Assembly: GCA_034431475.1 (NCBI GenBank)
Contig: DAOUDE010000052.1
Coordinates: 6,825 to 70,824, forward strand
From: Thermomicrobiales bacterium
GTDB taxonomy: Bacteria > Chloroflexota > Chloroflexia > Thermomicrobiales > UBA6265
Length of the DNA: 64,000 nucleotides
Direction of reading: 5' to 3'
The notes under the pieces were generated by a model that made no database searches, was not told where the DNA came from, and worked only from the letters and a program-made list of their open reading frames with translations. This document shows positions 41,860 through 49,808 of this stretch, in pieces (positions within the stretch are counted from its first letter, which is position 1; every line of letters starts with the position of its first letter). A program made the position numbers and the translations under genes.

Positions 41860-42420
41860 ATGATTGACACAGGTGATCTGCGCAAGGGATTGACATTCGA
41901 ACTCGATGGCCGCCTGGTCAAGGTCGTTGACTTCCAGCACAACAAGCAGGGCCGAGGATCAGCCCAGGTCCGCATGACCCTGCGCGATTTGCGCACCGGT
42001 TCGCTGACGACGCACACCGTTCAGGCGGGCGCCAAGTTCCCCCAGGTCCGCCTGGAGCGCCAGCACGTGCAGTACCTGTATCCCGACGGCGACCACCGCT
42101 ACTTCATGGACACCGAGTCGTTTGATCAGATTGTGCTTGATGCTTCGACCGTTGGCGACAACGCCCGCTTCATCCGTGAGAACGATGTTGTCGATTTGCT
42201 GACGTACAACGAGGAGCCAATCGACATCGAACTGCCGCCGGCCGTGGTCCTGACTGTCACCGAGACCGACCCGGGCCTGAAGGGTGATACTGCCAGTGGC
42301 GCCACCAAGCCCGCGACCCTGGAAACAGGCCTGGTGGTCAACGTGCCGCTGTTCATCAACATTGGGGACAACCTGAAGGTGGACACGCGCTCTGGCGACT
42401 ACATCGAGCGAGTCAACTAG
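41860..42420 (+). CDS. efp: Elongation factor P
   Basis: 186-aa ORF with the conserved KPGKG-equivalent loop (HNKQGRGSA). Confidence 0.95.
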   Translation: MIDTGDLRKGLTFELDGRLVKVVDFQHNKQGRGSAQVRMTLRDLRTGSLTTHTVQAGAKFPQVRLERQHVQYLYPDGDHRYFMDTESFDQIVLDASTVGDNARFIRENDVVDLLTYNEEPIDIELPPAVVLTVTETDPGLKGDTASGATKPATLETGLVVNVPLFINIGDNLKVDTRSGDYIERVN

Positions 42421-42882
42421 GTGAACCTGCCCGAGGGACATGACGCAAGCCCCTCACCCGAGCGTGTCGCCGATCTCGTGCGCGCGCTGGCCGGGGTGAT
42501 GCAGCAGGATTCCGTGACCGAGCTTGAACTGGAACTCGGCGCGCTGACCCTTCGCATGCGCCGGGAGACCGGCGCCCCGGTTCACGCGGCTGCGCCCGTT
42601 GTTGCAGACTCCGAGGTTCCACGCCCTGTCGCGCCAGGTCACGTTGTCAGCGCGCCCATGGTCGGGACCTTCTACACCTCACCGACACCGAGTTCACCGG
42701 CGTTCGTTGCCGTTGGTGACTATGTGGTGGCCGGTCAAACCATCGGCATCATCGAAGCCATGAAGATCATGAACGAAATCACGACAGACCGCTCAGGCGT
42801 TGTGATGGAGTTCTTGACTGAGAACGCCCAACCTGTGGAGTACGGCTCTCCCCTGATCCGTGTTTCCGACGCTCGCGGCTAG
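42421..42882 (+). CDS. accB: Biotin carboxyl carrier protein
   Basis: Biotinyl-lysine motif EAMKIMNEI. The GTG start directly follows the efp stop. No accC follows. Confidence 0.9.
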   Translation: MNLPEGHDASPSPERVADLVRALAGVMQQDSVTELELELGALTLRMRRETGAPVHAAAPVVADSEVPRPVAPGHVVSAPMVGTFYTSPTPSSPAFVAVGDYVVAGQTIGIIEAMKIMNEITTDRSGVVMEFLTENAQPVEYGSPLIRVSDARG

Positions 42883-42887
42883 GCGGC

Positions 42888-44117
42888 ATGTCTGCGTACG
42901 TTTTGCCGGTTGGTGCGTTCGTCTGTCTGTTCCGCGAGTCGCTGGAAACAGACCCGCTGTACAGTGACCTCTGGCTGGAAGGCGAGATCTCCGGTCTCAG
43001 CCAGTCCAGCAAAGGGCACATGTATTTTTCGCTCCGTGACCGGGATGGCCTTCTGCGGTGCGTGATGTTTCGCCGTCAGCTCATGCAGACCCCGCGTCGT
43101 CCTCGCGTTGGTGATCAGGTCGCGGTCCACGGCAGCCTTTCGGTCTATCCCAGCTCAGGTTCGCTGCAACTCATCACGGACCTGGTCACGACAGCCGGAC
43201 AGGGAGCGGCCGCACTGGAACTGGAGTACTTGCGGCAGCGCCTGGAGCAGGAAGGCATCTTCGACACATCCCGCAAGCGGGCGCTGCCCACATGGCCCCG
43301 TGCCATTGGCGTCGTGACCTCCCGCAGCGGCGCAGCCTGGCAGGATATCCAGTCAGTCGTCGCCCGTCGTTACCCGCTGACGCAGTTGCTGCTGGCGCAT
43401 GCGCAGGTGCAGGGACAGGGTGCTGTCGAGAGCATTGTCACAGCCATTGAACTGTTGCAGTTCATCGAGAACGTCGATGTCATCATCATTGCTCGGGGCG
43501 GCGGATCCAGCGACGACCTGGCCGCATTCAATGACGAAGCGGTCGTGCGCGCGGTCTTCGCCTCTCACGTGCCGGTCATCACAGGCGTCGGGCATGCGAC
43601 GGATCAGACGCTTGTCGAAGCGGCGGCAGATGTCATTGCACCCACCCCCTCAGCCGCCGCCGAACTCTGCGTGCCCTCGCAGGCAGATCTTGGCCTCCGC
43701 ATCGGGCAATTGCACTCACAACTCGCTGAGTCCATGCGTATGTCACTTGCTAACCTCCAGGTGCGCACCCAGCGCCAAACGGGTCGCCTGCTGGCGGGAG
43801 GCCCGCAGAATCAGCTGGCATCCGCGCTGCGCGAACTTGACCGCTCGTACGCCAGACTTGACACCGGAATCACCGCGAACCTGGCGCCAGCCCGGGGGCG
43901 GCTCCACGCGGGATCAGCCGTGCTGGAGGCGCTCAGTCCTGCGGCCGTGCTCGAACGCGGCTTTGCGGCGATCTCGCTTCCAGGAGAGAGCCAGGCCCTC
44001 CACAGCATCAGGCAGGCACAGGCAGGATCCCTCGCCCGAGCTCGGGTGGCCGATGGAGAAATCGAAATCACGCTTGGCAACAGCCGCGCGGCGCCAATAC
44101 TCAGGACCGTGACATGA
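42888..44117 (+). CDS. xseA: Exodeoxyribonuclease VII large subunit
   Basis: 409-aa ORF with an N-terminal OB fold (WLEGEISGLSQSSKGHMYFSLRD) and a catalytic core (ARGGGS). Confidence 0.9.
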   Translation: MSAYVLPVGAFVCLFRESLETDPLYSDLWLEGEISGLSQSSKGHMYFSLRDRDGLLRCVMFRRQLMQTPRRPRVGDQVAVHGSLSVYPSSGSLQLITDLVTTAGQGAAALELEYLRQRLEQEGIFDTSRKRALPTWPRAIGVVTSRSGAAWQDIQSVVARRYPLTQLLLAHAQVQGQGAVESIVTAIELLQFIENVDVIIIARGGGSSDDLAAFNDEAVVRAVFASHVPVITGVGHATDQTLVEAAADVIAPTPSAAAELCVPSQADLGLRIGQLHSQLAESMRMSLANLQVRTQRQTGRLLAGGPQNQLASALRELDRSYARLDTGITANLAPARGRLHAGSAVLEALSPAAVLERGFAAISLPGESQALHSIRQAQAGSLARARVADGEIEITLGNSRAAPILRTVT

Positions 44118-44401
44118 GCGACAGCAACGGCCGCGAACTCTCGTACAGGTCGCTGGCGGAAACGGTAGTCACCGGGACGTTTGAATCCGCACTGCAGGGC
44201 CTTGAGGTCGTCGTCGAGCACCTGGAACGGGGCTTGCTGCCGATTGATGAGGCGATTGCCTGGTACGAACTTGGTCTCCGGCTGGCTCAGCGCAGCGAAC
44301 TTCTTCTGCGCAACGCTGAACTCCGGGTGAGTGAGCTGCATGACGCATTCGGCATATCGTCAGACAGTGATAGCATTTGGCAAGATTCCGGTAACGAGTA
44401 G
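44114..44401 (+). CDS. xseB: Exodeoxyribonuclease VII small subunit
   Basis: 95-aa helical ORF overlapping the xseA stop by 4 nt, with a LEE(G)xLPL-type motif (LERGLLPIDEAI). Confidence 0.85.
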   Translation: MSDSNGRELSYRSLAETVVTGTFESALQGLEVVVEHLERGLLPIDEAIAWYELGLRLAQRSELLLRNAELRVSELHDAFGISSDSDSIWQDSGNE

Positions 44402-44428
44402 TGCTTCGCGCGTAGTTGGTGCATTCAG

Positions 44429-45460
44429 ATGACGTCCCAGAAGCTGCTTCAGCCACTTCCTGCCGGAAAGTTACCAGGGTGGTTGCTCAAGAAAGTGCTT
44501 CCCGCATCGACAGCGGATGAGCAGATCCTGGTCGGCCCGGGAATTGGCTGTGATGCGGCTGCCATTGCCGTTGGTGGCGACGTGGTCGTCGCCAAGACTG
44601 ATCCAATCACCTTCGCCAGCGAACGCGCTGCCTTCCACCTCGTCGAAGTGAACGCCAATGATCTCGCCTGCATGGGGGCCCAACCCCGCTGGCTGTTAGT
44701 GACGAATCTGCTTCCTGTCGGCGTGACGCCAGCCGATGTCCTCTCGTCTTTCGCTGAGCTGACTGAAGCATGCCGCCATCGGGGCGTCCAGCTCATCGGC
44801 GGCCATACGGAGATCGTTCCTGGCATTGACCGCGCGCTCCTGATTGGCTCGATGCTGGGCATTACCTCTCCAGGTCGGCTGATCACTCCTGGGGGCGCTC
44901 GAGCCGGCGACATTCTGATGTTGACCAAGGGCCTGGCCATCGAGGGTACTGCGCTGCTCGCGCAGGAACGCTCCTCGGAACTGGAGCCGCTCATCGGCGC
45001 GGACATGGTCCGCCGCGCGACCCGCCTGTTGCACGACCCGGGTATATCCGTCGTAGCGGACTGCCAGGCCGCCACTTCGGTAGCCGGAGTCACCGCGCTG
45101 CATGACCCGACCGAAGGTGGCCTGGCGACAGCGATACGCGAAATCGCGGCTCCTGCGGGTCTCGGCGCGTCGCTGAACGCTGACCGCATCCCGGTTCTCC
45201 CGGAGTCGGCTGTCATTTGCGAGGCGCTTGGGCTCGATCCGCTCGGCGTTCTTGCCTCCGGGGCCCTCCTGCTTGCCGCCGCTCCTGATCGAGCGGCAGA
45301 TGTCCGCGTGGCGATCAGCGCTTCGGGCACACCGGTCGCTGAGATTGGCGTCCTGACCGAGGACCCAGCGTTCACGATCACCCGCAACGGCGTCCAGGAA
45401 CCCCTGCCCGATTTTGCCGTCGACGAGATTGCTCGTCTCAACGCCAGCGCCAAGGAGTAG
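44429..45460 (+). CDS. AIR synthase-related (PurM-superfamily, HypE/ThiL/SelD-like) protein
   Basis: 343-aa ORF with GIGCDAAAI, NDLACMGAQP and LIGGHTE motifs typical of PurM-like ATP-binding proteins. The precise subfamily is not assignable by eye. Confidence 0.7.
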   Translation: MTSQKLLQPLPAGKLPGWLLKKVLPASTADEQILVGPGIGCDAAAIAVGGDVVVAKTDPITFASERAAFHLVEVNANDLACMGAQPRWLLVTNLLPVGVTPADVLSSFAELTEACRHRGVQLIGGHTEIVPGIDRALLIGSMLGITSPGRLITPGGARAGDILMLTKGLAIEGTALLAQERSSELEPLIGADMVRRATRLLHDPGISVVADCQAATSVAGVTALHDPTEGGLATAIREIAAPAGLGASLNADRIPVLPESAVICEALGLDPLGVLASGALLLAAAPDRAADVRVAISASGTPVAEIGVLTEDPAFTITRNGVQEPLPDFAVDEIARLNASAKE

Positions 45461-45462
45461 CC

Positions 45463-46374
45463 GTGCAACTCATCGGAAGCAGCAACGCCGTTGTCGGCTT
45501 CGCTGACGGCATGGCCGTGCTCAGGTCCGGAGGTACGGCGGTTGACGCCGTGGTCGCCACCATTCGCCGTGTGGAAGCGAACCCCGACGACCACTCCGTT
45601 GGGTACAGTGGTCTCCCGAACTTGCTGGGCGAAGTCGAGCTCGACGCCAGCATCATGAACGGCGCGACCCTTGCGACCGGCGCCGTGGCTGCCATGCGCA
45701 ATCATCAGGATGCGATCGACGCCGCCCGAGTCGTGATGGACACGCTACCTCACGTTCTGATTGTGGGGCGCGGCGCGGAAATGCTGGCCCAGGAAACGGG
45801 GTTGCCGGTGTCGGACCTGCTTACGCCTGAGGCGCGAGAGATCTGGGGGACGCGCATCGATGCCACCGACGCCTACGCCGTTGCCATGCGAGACCGGGCG
45901 GCGCGCCTCACGAGCGATCCCGAGCGGCCGCTGGATTCACACGGTACGGTGAACGTGATCGCCCAGGACGCCCACGGCAATATCGCCAGCGGCGTCAGCA
46001 CCTCCGGGTGGGCATGGAAGTACCCGGGGCGCGTCGGCGACTCCCCCATCATCGGGGCGGGCAACTACGCGGACCAGCGTTTCGGCGCGGCGTGTTGTAC
46101 GGGGCGTGGGGAAATGGCGCAGCGTCTTTGCACCGCGCACAGCGTCGTTATGTTCATGCGGTGCGGCCTGAGCCTGGAAGAGGCCCTGGTGCGCGCCGCG
46201 GAGGACCTGCATCAACTGGCAGATCCCTTCTGGGGGGAAGTCAACATCGTGGCCATGGACCGCGATGGCCGTCACGCGGCTGCCTCCACGGTGCCAGACA
46301 AGACCTATGTCGCAATGGACGAGTCGATGCCTGAGCCGGTACTCCTGGAGCGAACCTTCGTTCCCTCGCCATGA
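45463..46374 (+). CDS. Ntn-hydrolase of the isoaspartyl peptidase/L-asparaginase (asparaginase 2) family
   Basis: 303-aa ORF with an autoprocessing-site-like sequence HGTVNVIAQD...STSG and the downstream GRGE motif. Confidence 0.8.
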   Translation: MQLIGSSNAVVGFADGMAVLRSGGTAVDAVVATIRRVEANPDDHSVGYSGLPNLLGEVELDASIMNGATLATGAVAAMRNHQDAIDAARVVMDTLPHVLIVGRGAEMLAQETGLPVSDLLTPEAREIWGTRIDATDAYAVAMRDRAARLTSDPERPLDSHGTVNVIAQDAHGNIASGVSTSGWAWKYPGRVGDSPIIGAGNYADQRFGAACCTGRGEMAQRLCTAHSVVMFMRCGLSLEEALVRAAEDLHQLADPFWGEVNIVAMDRDGRHAAASTVPDKTYVAMDESMPEPVLLERTFVPSP

Positions 46375-46380
46375 ACGCAA

Positions 46381-46412
46381 GAACGGCGGGGCCCTGGTGG
46401 GCCCCGCCGTTC
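46381..46412. terminator. Bidirectional GC hairpin between the asparaginase-like gene and rho
   Basis: 14-bp perfect stem GAACGGCGGGGCCC / GGGCCCCGCCGTTC with a 4-nt loop. Confidence 0.6.
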
Positions 46413-46422
46413 TGATGCATCG

Positions 46423-48528
46423 CTAAATATCCCGATTCAGCGTCTCCAGGAACTCTTCGTTCTTTGCCGTCTTGGACAGCCGGCCCAGCACCAACTCCGT
46501 GCCTTCACTGCCGCCGAGCATGGAAACCATGCGCCGCATGGTCCACACCTGGCGCAGCGTGGACTCGTCCAGGAGCAGTTCCTCGCGCCGCGTCCCTGAC
46601 CGCTGGATGTCGATCGACGGGTAGATCCGCCGCTCAGCCAGCTTGCGGTCGAGATGAAGTTCCATGTTCCCGGTGCCCTTGAACTCCTCGTAGATCACGT
46701 CGTCCATGCGGCTGCCGGTGTCGATGAGGCAGGTCGAAACAATCGTCAGGCTGCCGCCGCCCTCGATGTTGCGGGCCGCGCCAAAGAAGCGCTTTGGTGG
46801 GTAGAGCGCCACCGGGTCGATACCGCCGGAGAGCGTGCGGCCGCTCGGGGGCACCGCAAGGTTGTAGGCCCGGGCAAGGCGGGTGATGGAATCCAGCAGG
46901 ATCACCACATCCCGGCCACCTTCCACCAGGCGCTTGGCGCGCTCCAGCGCCATCTCCGCGACCTTGGTGTGATCCTCAACCGGCTCATCGAACGTGGAGG
47001 AGATCACCTCTCCCTCGATCGAACGCCGCATGTCCGTCACCTCCTCTGGCCGCTCACCGATGAGGCAGACCATGAGGTGGATATCCGGGCAATTGGTGCT
47101 GACACCGTTGGCAATGGCCTTGAGCAGCATCGTTTTGCCGGCCTTGGGCGGCGACACGATGAGACCGCGCTGCCCACGGCCAATCGGCGCCACCAGGTCC
47201 AGCAGCCGGGTGGAAAGGATGTTCGGCGCGGTTTCGAGGTTGATCAGTTCAAGCGGGAAGATCGGCGTGAGGCTGTCAAACGACGGACGCCTGCGCGCAG
47301 TCTCGGGATCGATGCCGTTGACCGCTTCGACCCGCAGCAGGCTGAAGAATTTCTCGTTGTCCTTCGGCGGCCGCACCTGACCGCAGACACGGTCACCAGT
47401 GCGCAACCCAAAGCGGCGGATCTGGGACTGCGACACGTAGATGTCGTCAGGGCCCGGCAGGAAGCGCTGGCCGCGCAGGAACCCAAACCCGTCTTCAATG
47501 ATCTCCAGAATGCCGTCGCCGAAGATCTGGCCGTCCTTCTCGGTCTGTGCCCGCAGCAGGCGCACCAACTGCTCCTGCTTCGGCATCCGCGAGAATCCCT
47601 GGATTTCCAGCTCACGCGCCATTTCGGCCAGTTCTTCGGCCGGCTTGGCCTCCAGATCGAGAATGGTCAGGTGCGGAGGCCCGCTGCGCACCGGCGCTTG
47701 CGGCGGCTGCTGCTGGCTGTACGGCTGGCTGTTGCGGGGCGGACGGGGCTGCCCCTGTGGCTGATGCTGGACATAGCCGCCACGGTTGTCGTTTCCGTAG
47801 CGATCCGAGCCGTTGGAGCGGTCCCCCTGCGGGCGATCCTGCGGCCGCTGACCTCGCCGGCTGCGGCTATCGCGGCCCCGGCTCCGCTGCATGTCATGGC
47901 GCGGGTCGATGCCGTTATCGTGCAGTGGTTCCAGCACGCTCTCACGCAACGCCGGATCAAGATGGGCCAATGGCGGTCGCGCCGTCTCGGTTCGCTCAGG
48001 GCGCCCACCGCTGCGCACCTCGCTCACCGGCTGGTCCTCAGTTGTGGTCGACCGCCCGGCAACCGGTTCCTGGGCCGGCGCAGCCGCGTTCGCTATCACT
48101 GGAGGCTCAGCCGTCTCCGGGGCGACAAAAGGCGCCTGCGCGGAGGCACGTTCGGCAATCGCTACCGGTGGCTCGCTCACGGGAAGCGCCGACGGCGCCA
48201 CCGGGCTGCTTGACACCGTACCTGCCGACGCCTCCCGTGGTTCAACGGATGCTGCAGCCACGGGTGAGGTTTCCACTGGCGCAGGTGCAGGTGCCTCAAC
48301 CTCAGAAACAACCTTGGGCTTTCGCGTGCGCGGGGCACGAGCTGGCTTTGCCTCGGGCGCAGGCGCGGTGTCCGCAACAGGCTCGGTGGGTGCTGCGGCG
48401 GCCACCACAGCAACAGCGCCGTCACCGGTTTCGGCCTCAGGCTTTGCCGCTCGCGTTCGCGTTGTACGACGCCGGGGTGGCGCAGCTACCTCGATTGTTT
48501 CCTCAACGGTCAAGGGATTTTCCTCCAA
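46423..48528 (-). CDS. rho: Transcription termination factor Rho with a ~285-aa N-terminal low-complexity extension
   Basis: 701-aa ORF. The canonical Rho begins near aa 287 ([29 protein letters not shown]), followed by the CSD-like RNA-binding domain and the RecA-type ATPase (PPKAGKT). Confidence 0.95.
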   Translation of the reverse strand: MEENPLTVEETIEVAAPPRRRTTRTRAAKPEAETGDGAVAVVAAAAPTEPVADTAPAPEAKPARAPRTRKPKVVSEVEAPAPAPVETSPVAAASVEPREASAGTVSSSPVAPSALPVSEPPVAIAERASAQAPFVAPETAEPPVIANAAAPAQEPVAGRSTTTEDQPVSEVRSGGRPERTETARPPLAHLDPALRESVLEPLHDNGIDPRHDMQRSRGRDSRSRRGQRPQDRPQGDRSNGSDRYGNDNRGGYVQHQPQGQPRPPRNSQPYSQQQPPQAPVRSGPPHLTILDLEAKPAEELAEMARELEIQGFSRMPKQEQLVRLLRAQTEKDGQIFGDGILEIIEDGFGFLRGQRFLPGPDDIYVSQSQIRRFGLRTGDRVCGQVRPPKDNEKFFSLLRVEAVNGIDPETARRRPSFDSLTPIFPLELINLETAPNILSTRLLDLVAPIGRGQRGLIVSPPKAGKTMLLKAIANGVSTNCPDIHLMVCLIGERPEEVTDMRRSIEGEVISSTFDEPVEDHTKVAEMALERAKRLVEGGRDVVILLDSITRLARAYNLAVPPSGRTLSGGIDPVALYPPKRFFGAARNIEGGGSLTIVSTCLIDTGSRMDDVIYEEFKGTGNMELHLDRKLAERRIYPSIDIQRSGTRREELLLDESTLRQVWTMRRMVSMLGGSEGTELVLGRLSKTAKNEEFLETLNRDI

Positions 48529-48748
48529 ATGGATGCAACATCATCGGGAATGCACAGATTCGCCCGTCGGCGCGGGAGTTGGAGCGTTGCGTCGTGCGAA
48601 GACCATTCAGTCCTCTTGCGCATTGCAGGAAGCGCACAAGCCCACAGGCTTGTCAGGGGAAGTGCAACGCAATGTCCGGCGCTCCAGAATGTGCGTGTGT
48701 AGAGTGGCGGAGGGCGTGGCTATCAGTGCCCCCGGCGTGGCAAGCCCG

Positions 48749-48777
48749 ATTCTAGCACTGGCGCAATGCATCGTCAA
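48749..48777 (-). promoter_or_regulatory. Putative rho promoter (TTGACG-17-TAGAAT)
   Basis: Minus strand reads TTGACG (48777-48772), a 17-nt spacer, then TAGAAT (48754-48749). This implies a leader of about 210 nt. Confidence 0.45.
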
Positions 48778-48819
48778 TATGGCAAGCGACACATCAACCG
48801 AGATCGCCGATGGTTGCCG

Positions 48820-49803
48820 TTAGTTGCCAAGCGAACGGAACGCCTCCAGCTTGCTCAGTGGGTGTTGTGCCTCTACCCATCGCACCGTCCCCGACCGCGA
48901 TCGCATCACGACCGATTGTGTGGTTGCCATATCGCCGAGATACTTCACGCCCTTCAGAAAGTCCCCATCGGTAATTCCGGTCGCGGCGAAAAAGACATCA
49001 TCTCCACTGACCAGGTCCTCGGCACTCAGGACCGCGTCGAGATCGATGCCGGCGGCCAGGACATTCGAGCGCTCCTCGTCATCGCGGGGCCAAAGCTTGC
49101 ACTGGATTTCGCCGCCCAGGCAGCGGATGGCGCACGCTGCGACGACCGCCTCCGGAGCGCCACCAATGCCCATCAGGATATCGATGCCCGTTCCGGGAGT
49201 GGCCGCCATCACGGCGCCAGCCACGTCACCGTCCATGATGAATCGAATTCGCGCCCCGCTCGCCCGAATCTGCTCGGCGATCTCGGTGTGACGGGGGCGA
49301 TCAAGGAGAATGACGGTCACGTCGTTGACTGATTTATTCAACTTCGCGGCGACGCTGCGAATGTTCTCCTCGACGCTGGCGTTGATGTCGATTGCGCCGG
49401 CCGCTTCCGCTCCGACCACGATCTTGTCCATGTACACCACATACGGTGATTCGTACATGGTGCCGCGTTCTGACACCGCCAGCGTAGCAATGGAACCGGC
49501 CATGCCTTGCGAAAGGAGACGCGTGCCGTCAATGGGATCCACGGCGATGTCGGTCTTTGGTTCTGAGGCGCTCCCCACGAACTCACCCTCATACAGCATG
49601 GGGGCCTGGTCCTTTGTTCCCTCGCCAATGACCACGACCCCGTCCATCGGGATGGTATTCAGCACCATGCGCATGGCGTCGACCGCCGCCTTGTCGGCCA
49701 GGTTCTTCTGGCCCCGGCCCATCCAGCGGCCTGCCTGCAGAGCGGCGGCTTCAGTGACGCGAACGAGCTCCAGTGCAAAGCTGCGGTTGATAAACCGGTC
49801 CAT
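48820..49803 (-). CDS. glpX: Class II fructose-1,6-bisphosphatase GlpX
   Basis: A GlpX-type sequence starts at the internal ATG 49803 (MDRFINRSFALELVRVTEAAALQAGRWMGRG). The longer track ORF (to 49995) overlaps the dinG 3' end. Confidence 0.9.
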   Translation of the reverse strand: MDRFINRSFALELVRVTEAAALQAGRWMGRGQKNLADKAAVDAMRMVLNTIPMDGVVVIGEGTKDQAPMLYEGEFVGSASEPKTDIAVDPIDGTRLLSQGMAGSIATLAVSERGTMYESPYVVYMDKIVVGAEAAGAIDINASVEENIRSVAAKLNKSVNDVTVILLDRPRHTEIAEQIRASGARIRFIMDGDVAGAVMAATPGTGIDILMGIGGAPEAVVAACAIRCLGGEIQCKLWPRDDEERSNVLAAGIDLDAVLSAEDLVSGDDVFFAATGITDGDFLKGVKYLGDMATTQSVVMRSRSGTVRWVEAQHPLSKLEAFRSLGN

Positions 49804-49808
49804 CTGGG

